Source: Octopus sinensis
Lineage: Eukaryota
Assembly: GCF_006345805.1 (NCBI RefSeq)
Contig: NC_043014.1
Location: 12,896,001-12,960,000 of the forward strand
Length of the DNA: 64,000 nucleotides
Direction of reading: 5' to 3'
The notes under the pieces were generated by a model. It was not told the DNA's origin. It worked only from the letters and a program-made list of their open reading frames with translations, and made no database searches. Within the stretch, counting starts at the first letter, position 1. Every line of letters begins with the position of its first letter. Shown here one piece after another: positions 12,296-25,411 of this stretch. The position numbers and the translations under genes are program-made.

Positions 12296-13370
12296 TTCAA
12301 GATAAGCTCTTTAGACATGGGTGTGTGCCTTCGCCGGTTTGTGCAAGATGCAAGCAGGACAGTGAAACAGTCCTGCACATGATTGTGCAATGCCCCAAGG
12401 TGACTGAACTCTGGGCTTATGTCGAACACCTGCTGTCGCATTTGAGAAGAGTACAACTGTTGAGTGAATCTGTAATTAAGATCGTTTTGCCTCACTCCCT
12501 GAATAGGGAGGAGCGAGACCATTTTCTCTTAGTGGTTACTGTTGCGAAAGGGGTAGTATGGAAGACGAGAGTGAAAGGAATTGCAACAGGCATGTTCATC
12601 TCCAGTCTCGAGCCAATTGACTTTTTCGTTTTCCACATGAAACGGAAAATAAGGCTGGAGAAGAAATGCCAGTCGCAAAATCTGTTTCGTAAAAGATGGA
12701 AGTGTGTAGCAAGTATGTTGCAAGTGAAAGAATCTGTCTAAGCAAGAACAAAGAAAGGACAAAGCAAAGGTTTTGGTGTGAGTATGTTGTATGTGGGGGT
12801 CGACTGCGTCATCCACTTCATTTTTTGTAAACCACTCATTCTCATTTAATTACTCTTTTACTTGTTTGTCATTTGACTGCAGCCATGCTGGAGCACCGCC
12901 TTTAGTCGAGCAAATCGACCCCCGGACTTATTCTATCGGTCTCTTTTGCCGAACCGCTAAGTGACGGGGACGTAAACACACCAGCATCGGTTGTCAAGCA
13001 ATGCTAGGGGGACAAACACAGACACACAAACACACACATACATATACATATGTATATATATATATATACACATACATACGACAGGCTTCTTTCAGTTTCC
13101 GTCTACCAAATCCACTCACAAGGCTTTGGTCAGCCCAGGACTATGGCAGAAGACACTTGCCCAAGATGCCACGCAGTGGGACTGAACCTGGAACAATGTG
13201 GTTGGTTAGCAAGCTACTTACCACACAGCCACTCCTGCGCCTAATTGTATATGTTTTAATTGTTTGTTTATTCATATATTTCGTGTCATTCGATCCCCTG
13301 ACCCCAATGTTTGTTTTGTCTATCCCTGTATCGTCCCCACTTTTTCTCAACTTCATGGTTAATAAAGAAA
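12296..13370 (+). mobile_element. 5'-truncated L1/Tx1-clade LINE with 20-bp TSD, carrying a SINE A insertion
   Basis: CCHC zinc finger CARCKQDSETVLHMIVQC; AATAAAGAAA end; TSD TTGACTTAGTTCTCAGAGAG at 12276-12295 and 13371-13390. Confidence 0.85.
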
Positions 13371-13704
13371 TTGACTTAGTTCTCAGAGAGATTCAGCATG
13401 ACACAGAATGTGGCATGGCTGGCCCTTTGAAATACACGTACAACTCTCTTTTACTAGCTAAACTGACTGGAACAAAGTAAAATAAAGTGTCTTGCTCAAG
13501 GACACAACATGCTGCCAGGTATTGAACTCATAACCTTATGACTGAGTTGAATACCCTAACCACTTGGCCACCTCATGTTAATTGGATGGTGGGTAATTCT
13601 CCCCCTTAATAGCATGCCAACCCATTCAACATTCACAACAGTACCTATTCACTAAAGTAGCTGACCAGAGTTATTTGCCTTCGAACTATACTGTCCTGAA
13701 TATA

Positions 13705-14010
13705 TACATTATTTACATTCGACGGATATTTGTCCTCATCTTTGTTGTTATGGCGTAGTGGTTAAGAGCATGGGCTACTAACCCCAAGATTCCGAGTTCG
13801 ATTCCAAGCAGTGATCTGAACAATAATAATAATAACATTGAAAAATACCTTAAGAATGAGAACACAGGTTCGAAATTTCCTCAAGACACCTGAAGAAGGC
13901 TGGAGGGTATATCAGCCGAAACGTTGTGTTAACAACAAACAAGATGAGAACAAACATCCGTCGAATGTAAATAATGTACATAATTCCTCATCTCTTAAAT
14001 ATAGATCTGT
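13705..14010 (+). mobile_element. Penelope-like non-autonomous element with tRNA-like head, hammerhead and inverted terminal repeat
   Basis: Inverted repeat 13705-13750/13930-13978; A box 13751-13761; B box 13794-13805; hammerhead core 13885-13930; 12-bp TSD GT(C/T)CTGAATATA. Confidence 0.75.
13885..13930 (+). ncRNA. Minimal type I hammerhead ribozyme, intact core
   Basis: GACAC-CTGAAGA-a-GGCTG(gagggtatat)CAGCC-GAAA-CGTT-GTGTT; palindromic AACGTT in place of stem III. Confidence 0.75.
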
Positions 14011-14149
14011 GTTCTGAATATAGTTGTAAACTGTATTTTATAGTAGGGACTTGGATTAGGAGTCTCAGGGCTTTGAAGAATGTGGAACTGCATTTTAGGC
14101 ACTATTTTCCCCAGGTCTACTCGGCCAGGATCCCAGCTATGGGGTAACC

Positions 14150-15035
14150 AGCATATCAAAAAGTTCTCAGGCTAGTTATGTTTAATAAAAAAATAACTTA
14201 TTTACCTAACTTTTAATTTCATCTCCTTCGAAATAGTCACCTTGCACAGCAATACATCAGTCCCAGAATTCCTGCCACTTTTGGAATCCAACCTGGAAGT
14301 TGTTTTCCGTAAGTGAGTCGAGGACCTTCTGCAATTTGCTTTTGATCTTGACAGCAGTGTTAAAATGGTGATCTTTAAGCGGCATTTTCATGTTGGGGAA
14401 GAGATGGAAGATTGCAGGTGCTAAATCTAGTGAATAGGGCAGGTGCAGAAGTGATGCCATGTTTTTAGTGAGAAACTCACGAGTGAGGAGAGCTCAGTGA
14501 CAGGGTGCATTGTCGTCGTATAAAATCCAATTCTTTGTGCTCCACAGATCTGGTTGCTTTCACCAAAAATCCTCCCTCAAGCGCTTCAAAACATCATTGA
14601 TTGTCCTCCTATAATCTTCATGCACAAGCTGATGAGGTTTTCACATTTCCAGGGGTGATGCTCAGGGCATGTCTTCTAGGGATATTCTTCTGCATTTGAA
14701 GTGTCCATGCCATTCAAAACAATGCATATGACCCATTGCCAAATCATGATAAGCTTGTTGAAGCACACTCAATGTCTCTATAACAGACTTCCTAAGTTTA
14801 ACGCAAAATTTCATGTTGGCTCTTTGTTCCAACTTTTTGTCCATGACAAAAATCACAGACTGCAGCATGTGATCACAAAAACACAAATTTCACAACTTGC
14901 GAAGTAAACACAGCGATGTCACTTGGGACACTGTCCCTTGAAGGTCACTGCTAGCTCTCACTGCAAACACAATCGTGTGCTGCCATCTGTTGGTGCACTA
15001 CAAAACTATTCCGGGAATTTTTTGATACCACCTCA
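14150..15035 (-). mobile_element. Degenerate mariner element
   Basis: N-terminus MDKKLEQRANMKFCVKLRKS; C-terminal LHLPYSLDLAPAIFHLFP; degenerate TIRs. A further fragment lies at 16620-16850 (+). Confidence 0.8.
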
Positions 15036-16008
15036 TATCACAGAATTGACTCTGGAAGAAGGTCACTCATGGACACCCCAAACAAACCCCGGGGCAAATT
15101 CAAAAGGTATCGATTGACAGAAAGCTTAAAGGACTGAATATCACAAAGTAGAGGATAGCAAAACAATGGAGGTGAGTTCCAAAGAACAGCAGGTTGAGGA
15201 AAGAATCTATTAGACTAAAGAGACTTACAACTGATAGGAAGCTCTGGGAAGATGCGCCTGGGAAGTGGGTGACATGTCTAAAGGTCTTGATGGAGAGTAC
15301 AAAGCCTGAAAGTTCATTGAAACAATGGCCATAATCTTTTTACTCTTTTACTTGTTTCAGTCATTTGACTGCGGCCATGCTAGAACACCGCCTTTAGTCA
15401 AGCAAATCAACCCCAGAACATATTCTTTGTAAGCCTAGTACTTATGCCAAACCGCTAAGTTACGGGGACGTAAACACACCAGCATCGGTTGTCAAATGAT
15501 GTTGGAGGGACAAACATGGACATACAAATGTATACACACACATACATATATACATAGGGCTTCTTTCAGTTTCCGTCTACCAAATCCACTCACAAGGCTT
15601 TGATTGGCCCGAGGCTATAGTAGAAGACACTTGCCCAAGATGCCACGCAGAGGAGGTGCTTGTCCAAAGATGTCAGCAATATTCAATGCAAGGTCAAGCA
15701 GTGTTAGTATTCAGGTCTCCTCTAATGAATAGCTTGGTCATAACTTGATGTTGCCTGTCCCTTTTTTCTCTCTTCCCTGTTCCATAATTCCTTGAAGAAC
15801 TATCTTTGCAAGACCACTGGACCTTGTTACAGGGCAATATCATCTCAGCTGTTTATTTTATTCACCATAGTAAGAAGGGCTTCATGGGTCCAATGAGATG
15901 CTGGATGGTATTGGGAATCTGCTCATTTCAGGTATGGTCCAAAATAAAAGACGGCTAAAATATTGTGATAGTGTCCCATTTCACTAATCTGTAGATATGT
16001 GTAATCTA

Positions 16009-16575
16009 TTGGGTTGTCCGGAAAGTTCATGCCGATTTATAGCAGCTTACCTTTCAACTTATTTTAGAACATGGTTGAGTCCGTAAAATAGTATTTGACT
16101 ACACCTCCATTTAGAGCACAGTTTAAGCTATCTTTTCGCGGAAGAAGGTTCATGTTCCTATAACCTGTGTTAATTCTGTAACCCTTTAAAATGGAAGATA
16201 AGAAAGTTCATTTTCGGCACTTGATGCTTTCGGAACCAGACAAAAATTGCTGCAGCTCGGCTGGGATGTGTTACCCCCACCCTCCCTATTCCCCAGATAT
16301 TGCTCCTTCGGATTTCCACTTATTCAGGTTTCTGCAGAATAGTCTTAATGGTAAAAATTTCAATTCCTTGGATAACTTAAAAAGCTACCTTGATGAATTC
16401 TTTGCCATGAAACCACCTGAATTCTGGGAAAAGGTTATTTTCAAGTTTAAGGAAAGATGGAGACGCATTGTGCAACAAAATGGTTCATATTTGGTTGATT
16501 AAAAATGTAATGGCAAGTATTTATTGACCTTTTTCTTTCCTTTAAAAATCAGCACGAACTTTCCGGACAACCCAA
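16009..16575 (+). mobile_element. Internally deleted mariner with TIRs and TA TSD
   Basis: TA|TTGGGTTGTCCGGAAAGTTC...GAACTTTCCGGACAACCCAA|TA; ORF 16191-16502 contains PHPPYSPDIAPSDFHLF. Confidence 0.9.
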
Positions 16576-18294
16576 TACAAGTAAACTAAGCCACTCCTAC
16601 TAAAACTGCACTACTTCTATGAAGGAACCCTGGAAACCTCATCAGCTTATGCGTGAGGATCATTGGAGGACAATCAATGATGTTTGAAGTGTTTGAGGGA
16701 GGACATTTGGTGAAAGCGACCAGATCTGTGGAGTACGAAGAATTGGATTCTACATGATGACAATGCACCCTGTCACTTATAAGTTTCTCACTAAAAGCAA
16801 CAAGGTATCACTTCTGCACCTGCCCTATTCGCCAGATTTAGCACCTGCAACCATCACACCTCAGCCTCCTTCAACCATGCAATGGACAACCACTCAAAGA
16901 CAACCTGATCCATTCTTCATTGACTGCATGATTGGGTGGTAAAGGAATTCATTTCACAGCTATGATGTCTTGGGGGTTCATTCCTGCTACATAGTTTCTT
17001 GACAGACCCTGAGCTGACCCAAACCTTGTAAGGGAAATTGGATAGATGGAAACTGTGTGGAAGCTCATTAAATGGATTGAGTGCATATTGTGTCTTGTTG
17101 GTTTGGCCTGAGAAATACATTAAGGATACACATATCTGTGGAATACTTAGTCACTCACTTATTAATTTAATGAGAAGGTAGTTCCCTGGATTAAAACGAC
17201 TGAATACACATCATTAAAACCAATGGAGGATCCATTATCAATGGCACAAAGATAAACTCACAACACCTACCATGGATATAGATTTGTCTCTCATCTCCTG
17301 ACTCATGACTAACACACGCTACTAAAATACTCAAAGTCTCTTACACCAACATTATAAAACATTGGCGTAGGAGTGGCTGTGTGGTAAGTAGCTTGCTTAC
17401 CAACCACATGGTTCTGGGTTCAGTTCCACTGCGTGGAACCTTAGGCAAGTGTCTTCTACTATAGTCTCAGGCTGACCAAAGCCTTGTGAGTGGATTTGGT
17501 AGACGGAAACTGAAAGAAGCCCATCGTGTGTATGTGTATGTTTCTGTGTCTGTGTTTGTCCCCCCAACATTGCTTGACAACCGATGCTGGTGTGTTTACG
17601 TCCCTGTAACTTAGTGGTTCGGCAAAAGAGACTGATAGAATAAGTCCTGGGGTCGATATGCTCGACTAAAGGCAGTACTCCAGCATGGCCACAGTCAAAT
17701 GACTGAAACAAGTAAAAGAGAGTAAAATTGCAATACAAAAACTTAGATTAACCCCCCAGGTATCTTCTCTTATACTCACCTTCCTGTCTTGACACATCTT
17801 CACTACCCTGTTCCTTATTTGATTAGAGTAACCACATTCCCTACAGCAAGACACCTTGTCCAGTCCTTCTATCATACTTTGGCCTAACATAAATTCACCT
17901 CCTTTTGTACTGTTCCTCACTCAGCTGAGTGAGTCTTGTCTCACTAATAGTGCTGGTTCCACATAAAAGTGATTGGCATTAGGAAGAGCATCTAGTCCTA
18001 GAAATCATGTCAAAGCAGATACTGGAGTTTGATGCAGTCCTGTAGGTTGTCGGTTCCTGTCAAACCAGGTCAACCCATGCCAGCATGGAACATAGTCGTT
18101 AAGTGAAGATGATGATGATTTCTTTGCAAGACCAGAAATAATATTTCAGCTCAGATCAAATAAGACCTATACTGAAGTACTAATCACAAATGGACCAGTG
18201 TTACACACAAAACACTGTAGATAGCATTTGGAAGCTCATTTGTGAGAAAGACCCTGTTAATATGCTTCAACCATCACCACCACAGATCTACCCT

Positions 18295-18626
18295 TACCTT
18301 TTTATTGTCATAATAAAGCTCCCGTCTCTGCGCCTCTGAACTAATTAATGCATCTACCTGTGTCGCTTTTTGTCATCCTTACTGTCTCATCGCACAGATG
18401 TTACCCCAAAATCTCCCATAATCCTTTCACAAAGCTACCATCCACTGGAATTCACAATATACCTTTTTATTGTCATAATAAAGCTCCCATCCCTGCGCCT
18501 CTCAACTAACTAATGCATCTACCTGTGTCTCTTTTTGTCATTCTTACTATGTCACATCGCACAGATGTTACCCCAAAATCTCCCATAATCCTTTCACAGA
18601 GCTATCATCCACTGGAATTCACAATA
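18295..18626. repeat. Tandem duplication, 2 x ~165 bp
   Basis: TACCTTTTTATTGTCATAATAAAGCTCCC...GGAATTCACAATA repeated at 18295 and 18460 with a few differences. Confidence 0.9.
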
Positions 18627-19087
18627 AACCCAGTCAGATATGTTAGGCAGTCATCGACCTTCACATAGCGTCGATTAGAGATGTCAGCCATTGAGATATA
18701 CAAAGGGGGCACGTCACTGTTAAAAAAAACACCAAAAATAACAAAAAAACACAGTTTTTATAATATAAATGGTAGATATAGTTATGTATAATAGGGATAT
18801 GTCTAATATGCATACTAATAAAAACAACCTTCCACGTTCAAGGAGTTTAGTGAGACCCTGGAATATTTTATCCTACAGCGGGTGTGACATGGCTATACAC
18901 ACCAGCGTGGACTCATGAGCAAATTCAACAGTCTTCAATGGTTTATAAAAGGCAGTGTACATTCTGCTTCACTTGCTTTGACTTACTAATTCAAAGGCAT
19001 AATTTAAACCATAAATCGATTAACACACTATCGATTTATAAACAATAATATTAATTAGCCGATTTTCCTTAATATTGAATCTCTTGC

Positions 19088-19172
19088 CTTGCTGCTTAGC
19101 AGACACTCGAACGGGGCGGGTATTGATTAATAAACTCGACACGACATTAATTTCACAAATCTGTCTGCACAT
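19088..19172 (-). CDS. FAM210A: Probable first coding exon of FAM210A (mitochondrial presequence-like), GC donor
   Basis: ATG at 19172 gives MCRQICEINVVSSLLINTRPVRVSAKQQ, followed by CAAG|GCAAGA. Phase 1 matches the 8774 acceptor (G+CC=Ala). Lies in unique, relatively CpG-rich sequence; the joined protein is 248 aa. Confidence 0.5.
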
Positions 19173-19591
19173 AGTTCTGCCGACCGAATATAACTGTACA
19201 CCTGAATGAAACTTACCAAATGTACAATATGAAGCAAAATAATATGTGGTAACAGTAAGAATATAGGTTACTGCAACGAGCCCAAGAGAGAGAGCGAGCC
19301 AGTTCGTTAAAGGTTCCCCGTCAAAGGTTCCCAACCTTTTATCACGATCTATTGCTTCAAATCAATAATTCTTCGTGACACTTTTTTCTAATATTTAAAT
19401 AAAAGAATAACTTTTTTTTAATTTAATAATTGCAATATTTCATACGTTTTTTTGGCGAAATAATCCTCAGTTTTGGGGTAACTGCTCTTAAATATGTACA
19501 TAAACAACTTCAGGTAGAGAAAACAGAACTTAAGTGATTACCAAGATTAATTAAACTAATCAGAGTTAATAACGGTTTTATTATTATTATT

Positions 19592-19599
<8 letters not shown>

Positions 19600-19633
<34 letters not shown>

Positions 19634-21162
19634 ATATAATATCATATCACAATTGAGATAGGGGTTGTGAGTGCAACCCACCATCCAATATACTGCCAGT
19701 AAAGCACCCAACAAAGTTAATACATAAATGTTAAGAATTGCGATGCAATTAATTCATTTATTGTATTATATGGGCGAAGGTAATTATATATTTATATCAT
19801 AGAACATAGATATAAACAGCACACCTTTATGTCGACATTCGAAGATTCCACACAGGTACAGAGTTAAGTATAAATAATACTTTGTGCCAATGTGGGTTCA
19901 TATCTGTGATAACTAAAGCTAATTAAACTAACATAATTGCCGTTTATATTTTGGTTCATTTTATAAACAATGAAATACCATAGCTCAGCAATTTTTGTAG
20001 ATATTCGGGGAATCCAGCATGGTCGTTTCCATGTGGTTCATCGCGTTTTGTGAATTCCACAACTTTATGGCTTTTTTAAATAAAAAAAACATTTATTGTT
20101 TGTAGTAAATGTTGGGGGTATATTGTATAACAAATCGATAAAAATGTGACATATTTAGAATGTAAACTATTTTTAAGTTCGCGACCCGTGTGGGCTTGGG
20201 AACTGCTCTGTTGATTATACATAGGCACTGGACCCGATTTACTAGAAATAACAACCAAACCTCAATTACATACAACTCATCGTAATAAAAATAGGACACT
20301 TCTTACAACACTGTCATATATGTATATATATATATAACACTATATATATATATATATACACTGTATATATATATATATATATATATATAACACTGTATAT
20401 ATATATATATATATATATAACACTGTATATATATATATATATATATATCTATATATATATATAATATCATATCACAAATTGAGATAGGGGTTGTGAGTGC
20501 AACCCACCATCCAATATACTGCCAGTAAAGCACCCAACAAAGTTAATACATAAATGTTAAGAATTGCGATGCAATTAATTCATTTATTGTATTATATGGG
20601 CGAAGGTAATTATATATTTATATCATAGAACATAGATATAAACAGCACACCTTTATGTCGACATTCGAAGATTCCACACAGGTACAGAGTTAAGTATAAA
20701 TAATACTTTGTGCCAATGTGGGTTCATATCTGTGATAACTAAAGCTAATTAAACTAACATAATTGCCGTTTATATTTTGGTTCATTTTATAAACAATGAA
20801 ATACCATAGCTCAGCAATTTTTGTAGATATTCGGGGAATCCAGCATGGTCGTTTCCATGTGGTTCATCGCGTTTTGTGAATTCCACAACTTTATGGCTTT
20901 TTTAAATAAAAAAAACATTTATTGTTTGTAGTAAATGTTGGGGGTATATTGTATAACAAATCGATAAAAATGTGACATATTTAGAATGTAAACTATTTTT
21001 AAGTTCGCGACCCGTGTGGGCTTGGGAACTGCTCTGTTGATTATACATAGGCACTGGACCCGATTTACTAGAATTAACAACCAAACCTCAAATTACATAC
21101 AACTCATCGTAATAAAAATAGGACACTTCTTACAACACTGTCATATATGTATATATATATAA

Positions 21163-21193
<31 letters not shown>

Positions 21194-21196
21194 ACA

Positions 21197-21252
<56 letters not shown>

Positions 21253-21357
21253 CACTGTATATATATATATATAAATAACACTGTATATATATATATATAA
21301 CACTGTATATATATAACACTATATATATATATAACACTGGATATATATATAACACTG

Positions 21358-21393
<36 letters not shown>

Positions 21394-21420
21394 AAACACT
21401 GTCATATATGTATATATATA
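19600..21420. repeat. Near-identical tandem duplication (period ~826 bp) bounded by AACACTG(TA)n arrays
   Basis: 19637-20330 is repeated at 20461-21150; the ORFs 20076-20258 and 20902-21084 are duplicates. Confidence 0.92.
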
Positions 21421-22040
21421 TATATAGGCGTGATGGGCACGGGTAGAACACTTTTGGCCAGCTAAATCTCATATTACATACTTGTCTTAAAAAGAGGATA
21501 CATTTGGCAAAAGTGTCATATATATATAAACACACATTCAAGGCGTGATGGTCATGGTTAAAACGCCTTTGATTGATCATAAGTCTGCGAAGACAGTGCT
21601 GATAGAGGGAACAATCATCAACGAAATTACTTGCAACTTCAGGTTTTTCTTGCTAGAAATATCTAAATGGTAACAGACACAAATATAGACGAGTTCGTTC
21701 TTATATTTATTTATCTTATTACTATGACGATTCTGGCTAAAATGATAATTCTTGCTGAGGGTGGATAAATATTAGTTATAAAATGGTTTAACACATGAGG
21801 TGGGTGTTGTAAGAGGATAACATTCAATTAAATCGATCTGAAGGTACTTCAAGTACCCAATCTGAATAACTTGGCTGGTACTTATATCTTTAAACTACCC
21901 CGAAATTGGACTAAAAAATTATAGTAATTGGGTTCACCTTCACTTCGACTCAGCTTTATACATTAATAATTAAACTGAAGGATGATTCAATACATTTTTT
22001 TACTGTTGTTGTTGTGACAGATTACATATTTATGTATGAA

Positions 22041-22171
22041 TATATTTCCAAGAATAATGGTAACAGTGACTTCGAAGTTTCGGCCTGCGGCTATTCTTCC
22101 ACCCGGACTGTTGTGGGAGGCTAGCAGGCCGAGACTTCGAAGTCACTATCACCCCGATTCTTGCAAATATA
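22041..22171. repeat. ~130-bp hairpin / short MITE
   Basis: GTGACTTCGAAGTTTCGGCCTGC pairs with GCAGGCCGAGACTTCGAAGTCAC; the arms extend to ~50 bp with mismatches. Confidence 0.8.
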
Positions 22172-22248
22172 TAATATATACATACATACATATATATTAT
22201 ATATATATACATATATATACATACATATACATACATATATACATATAT

Positions 22249-22321
<73 letters not shown>

Positions 22322-22470
22322 CATACATAATACATACATATATACATATATATATACTATATATATATATAATATATACATACATATATATATACATACA
22401 TATATACATACATACATATATACTACATATATATATACATACATATATATATACATAATATATACATACA

Positions 22471-22510
<40 letters not shown>

Positions 22511-22608
22511 CATAATATATATATACATATATATAGATATATATATATATATACACACATATATATATATATATACATATATAATACATACATATATATA
22601 TATACATA

Positions 22609-22648
<40 letters not shown>

Positions 22649-22798
22649 CATACATATATATATACATACATATATATATACATACATATATATATACATA
22701 CATATATATATACATACATATATATATACATATATATATATACATATATATATACATACATATATATATATATATATACATACATATATATAACATAC

Positions 22799-22859
<61 letters not shown>

Positions 22860-23188
22860 ATACATACATATATATATATATATACATACATATATAATAT
22901 ACATACATATATATATATATACATACATATATAATACATACATATATACATACATACATATATATATACATACATATATACATACATACATATATATATA
23001 TATACATACATTATATATACATACATATATACATACATACTTACATACATATATACATACATACATACATACATATATATATACATACATATATATAACA
23101 TACATACATATATATTATATATATATATACATACATATATATATATATACATCATATATATATACATACATATATACATACATATATA

Positions 23189-23222
<34 letters not shown>

Positions 23223-23553
23223 ATACATATATATATACATACATATATATATACATACTATATATATATATATATACATACATATATATACAACATATAT
23301 ATATACATATATATACATATATATATATAATATACATACATATATATATATACATACATATATATATACATATATTATACATACATATATATAATACATA
23401 TATATATATACATACATATTATATATATACATACTATATATATACATATATATATATACATACATATATAATATACATATATATATATATATAACATATA
23501 TATATATAACATACATATATATATACATATATATATACATACATATATATAAC

Positions 23554-23584
<31 letters not shown>

Positions 23585-23924
23585 ATATACATATATATAC
23601 TACATATATATACATATATACATACTATATATATATACATATATATATACATATATATAATATACATATATATACATACATATATATATACATATATATA
23701 TAATACATACATACATATATATATATACATATATATACTACATATATATATATACATACATATATATATACATTATATATATACATACATATATATATAA
23801 TATATATATACATATTATATACATACATATATATATATACATACATATATATATACATACATATATACATACATATATATATACATACATATATATATAT
23901 ATACATACATATATATATACATAC

Positions 23925-23956
<32 letters not shown>

Positions 23957-24127
23957 TACATACATATATACATATATATACATATATACATACATACATA
24001 TATACATATATATATACATATAATATATACATACATACTTACATACATACATATATACATACATACATACATACATACATACATACATACATACTTACAT
24101 ACATACACACATACATACATACATACA

Positions 24128-24163
<36 letters not shown>

Positions 24164-24172
24164 TATATATAT
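22172..24172. repeat. ~2 kb degenerate (TA)n/(TACA)n microsatellite
   Basis: Almost entirely T/A/C simple repeat; source of the spurious Y/I/M ORFs. Confidence 0.98.
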
Positions 24173-24985
24173 GATTACGTACACAAGTGTACACCTATAA
24201 TTGTGTAGGTATACCACGTATGTATATGTATATATGTATGGCATACCTACAAAAGTGCATGAGGGGCAAACCAGTTTTACTGGTGGTATAACAACCAACA
24301 AATATGCTTACCTTCAGTAGCATTGACCTTTAGTCTGGACCATGATGAAATAAAATGCCTTTCCTCTTTATGATGATGATTACTTAAGAAATTACAGCGT
24401 GCACACAACTGAACAACATTCTTATTAACGCATGTCTGGTTCATTCGATGAACGAAATTCAAGCCAAGTGCTAACCTAGGGTAAATCATGCTTCTTAGAT
24501 TGCTCTCTTATTTATTTTAAATTAGCTGCTTCTATTATTTTTCCACCGGTTCTTTAGTCTTTTGCTGCTTCGCTATAACTTCCGATTTAAGACATCGATA
24601 CAGTCTCATTCAGTAATTTATAAAACACTTGGCATTGATGTGACTACTGCTGTCCATCCCGACTGCAGAACTGAACTGAACGAGGAGTTGATGTACCAAT
24701 TAAAGTGTATCTATGTGTGCGCGAGACTTTAAAAATGTTATCCAGGCAGATCGGAAGTTACATATTTTTTTTCTTCGCCCACTTACAACACGCGGGAAGA
24801 TAGAAAGAGAGAAATAGTCATATTTAGAAGCGGTCGCTCGTACTGTTAGATGCAGTAGCCAAATTTCCCTTAAATTACATGCTACCTTCTTTTAAAGAAT
24901 CGATACTTCAGAGAATGTACTCTTAGATAAACTATGCCTGCAACAAAGATGACAGAGCCATAGTTGGAATGCTTTATATATATAT

Positions 24986-25106
<121 letters not shown>

Positions 25107-25411
25107 GTGTGTGTGTCTGTGTTCTCTGAATTGCTTCAGTCGTTTGACTGTGGCCATGCTGGAGCACCTCCTTTTAGTCGAAGAAATCGACCCCGGGACT
25201 TATTCTTTGTAAGCCTGATACTTATTCTATCAATCTTTTTTACCGAACCTCCAAGTTACGGGGACGTAAACACACCAACATCGGTTGTTAAGCGACGGTG
25301 GGGGAGGACAGACACACACACACACATATAAACAGGCTTTTTTCAGTTTCCGTCTACCAAATCCACTTACAAGGCTTTGGTCAGCCGAGAGGCTACAGTA
25401 GAAGACACTTG

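Noticed and set aside
12991-13480. Recurrent ORFs of the LLSVSVYQIHSQGFG / RRHLPKVPRSGTEPG type
   Set aside because: They are translations of SINE A copies, not a gene family.
13751-13810. Possible tRNA gene
   Set aside because: A and B boxes are present, but there is no complete cloverleaf or acceptor stem; it is an element head. The same applies to 50825-50900 and other SINE heads.
22030-24301. Many long Y/I/M/C-rich ORFs (up to 363 aa)
   Set aside because: They are translations of the TA/TACA microsatellite.
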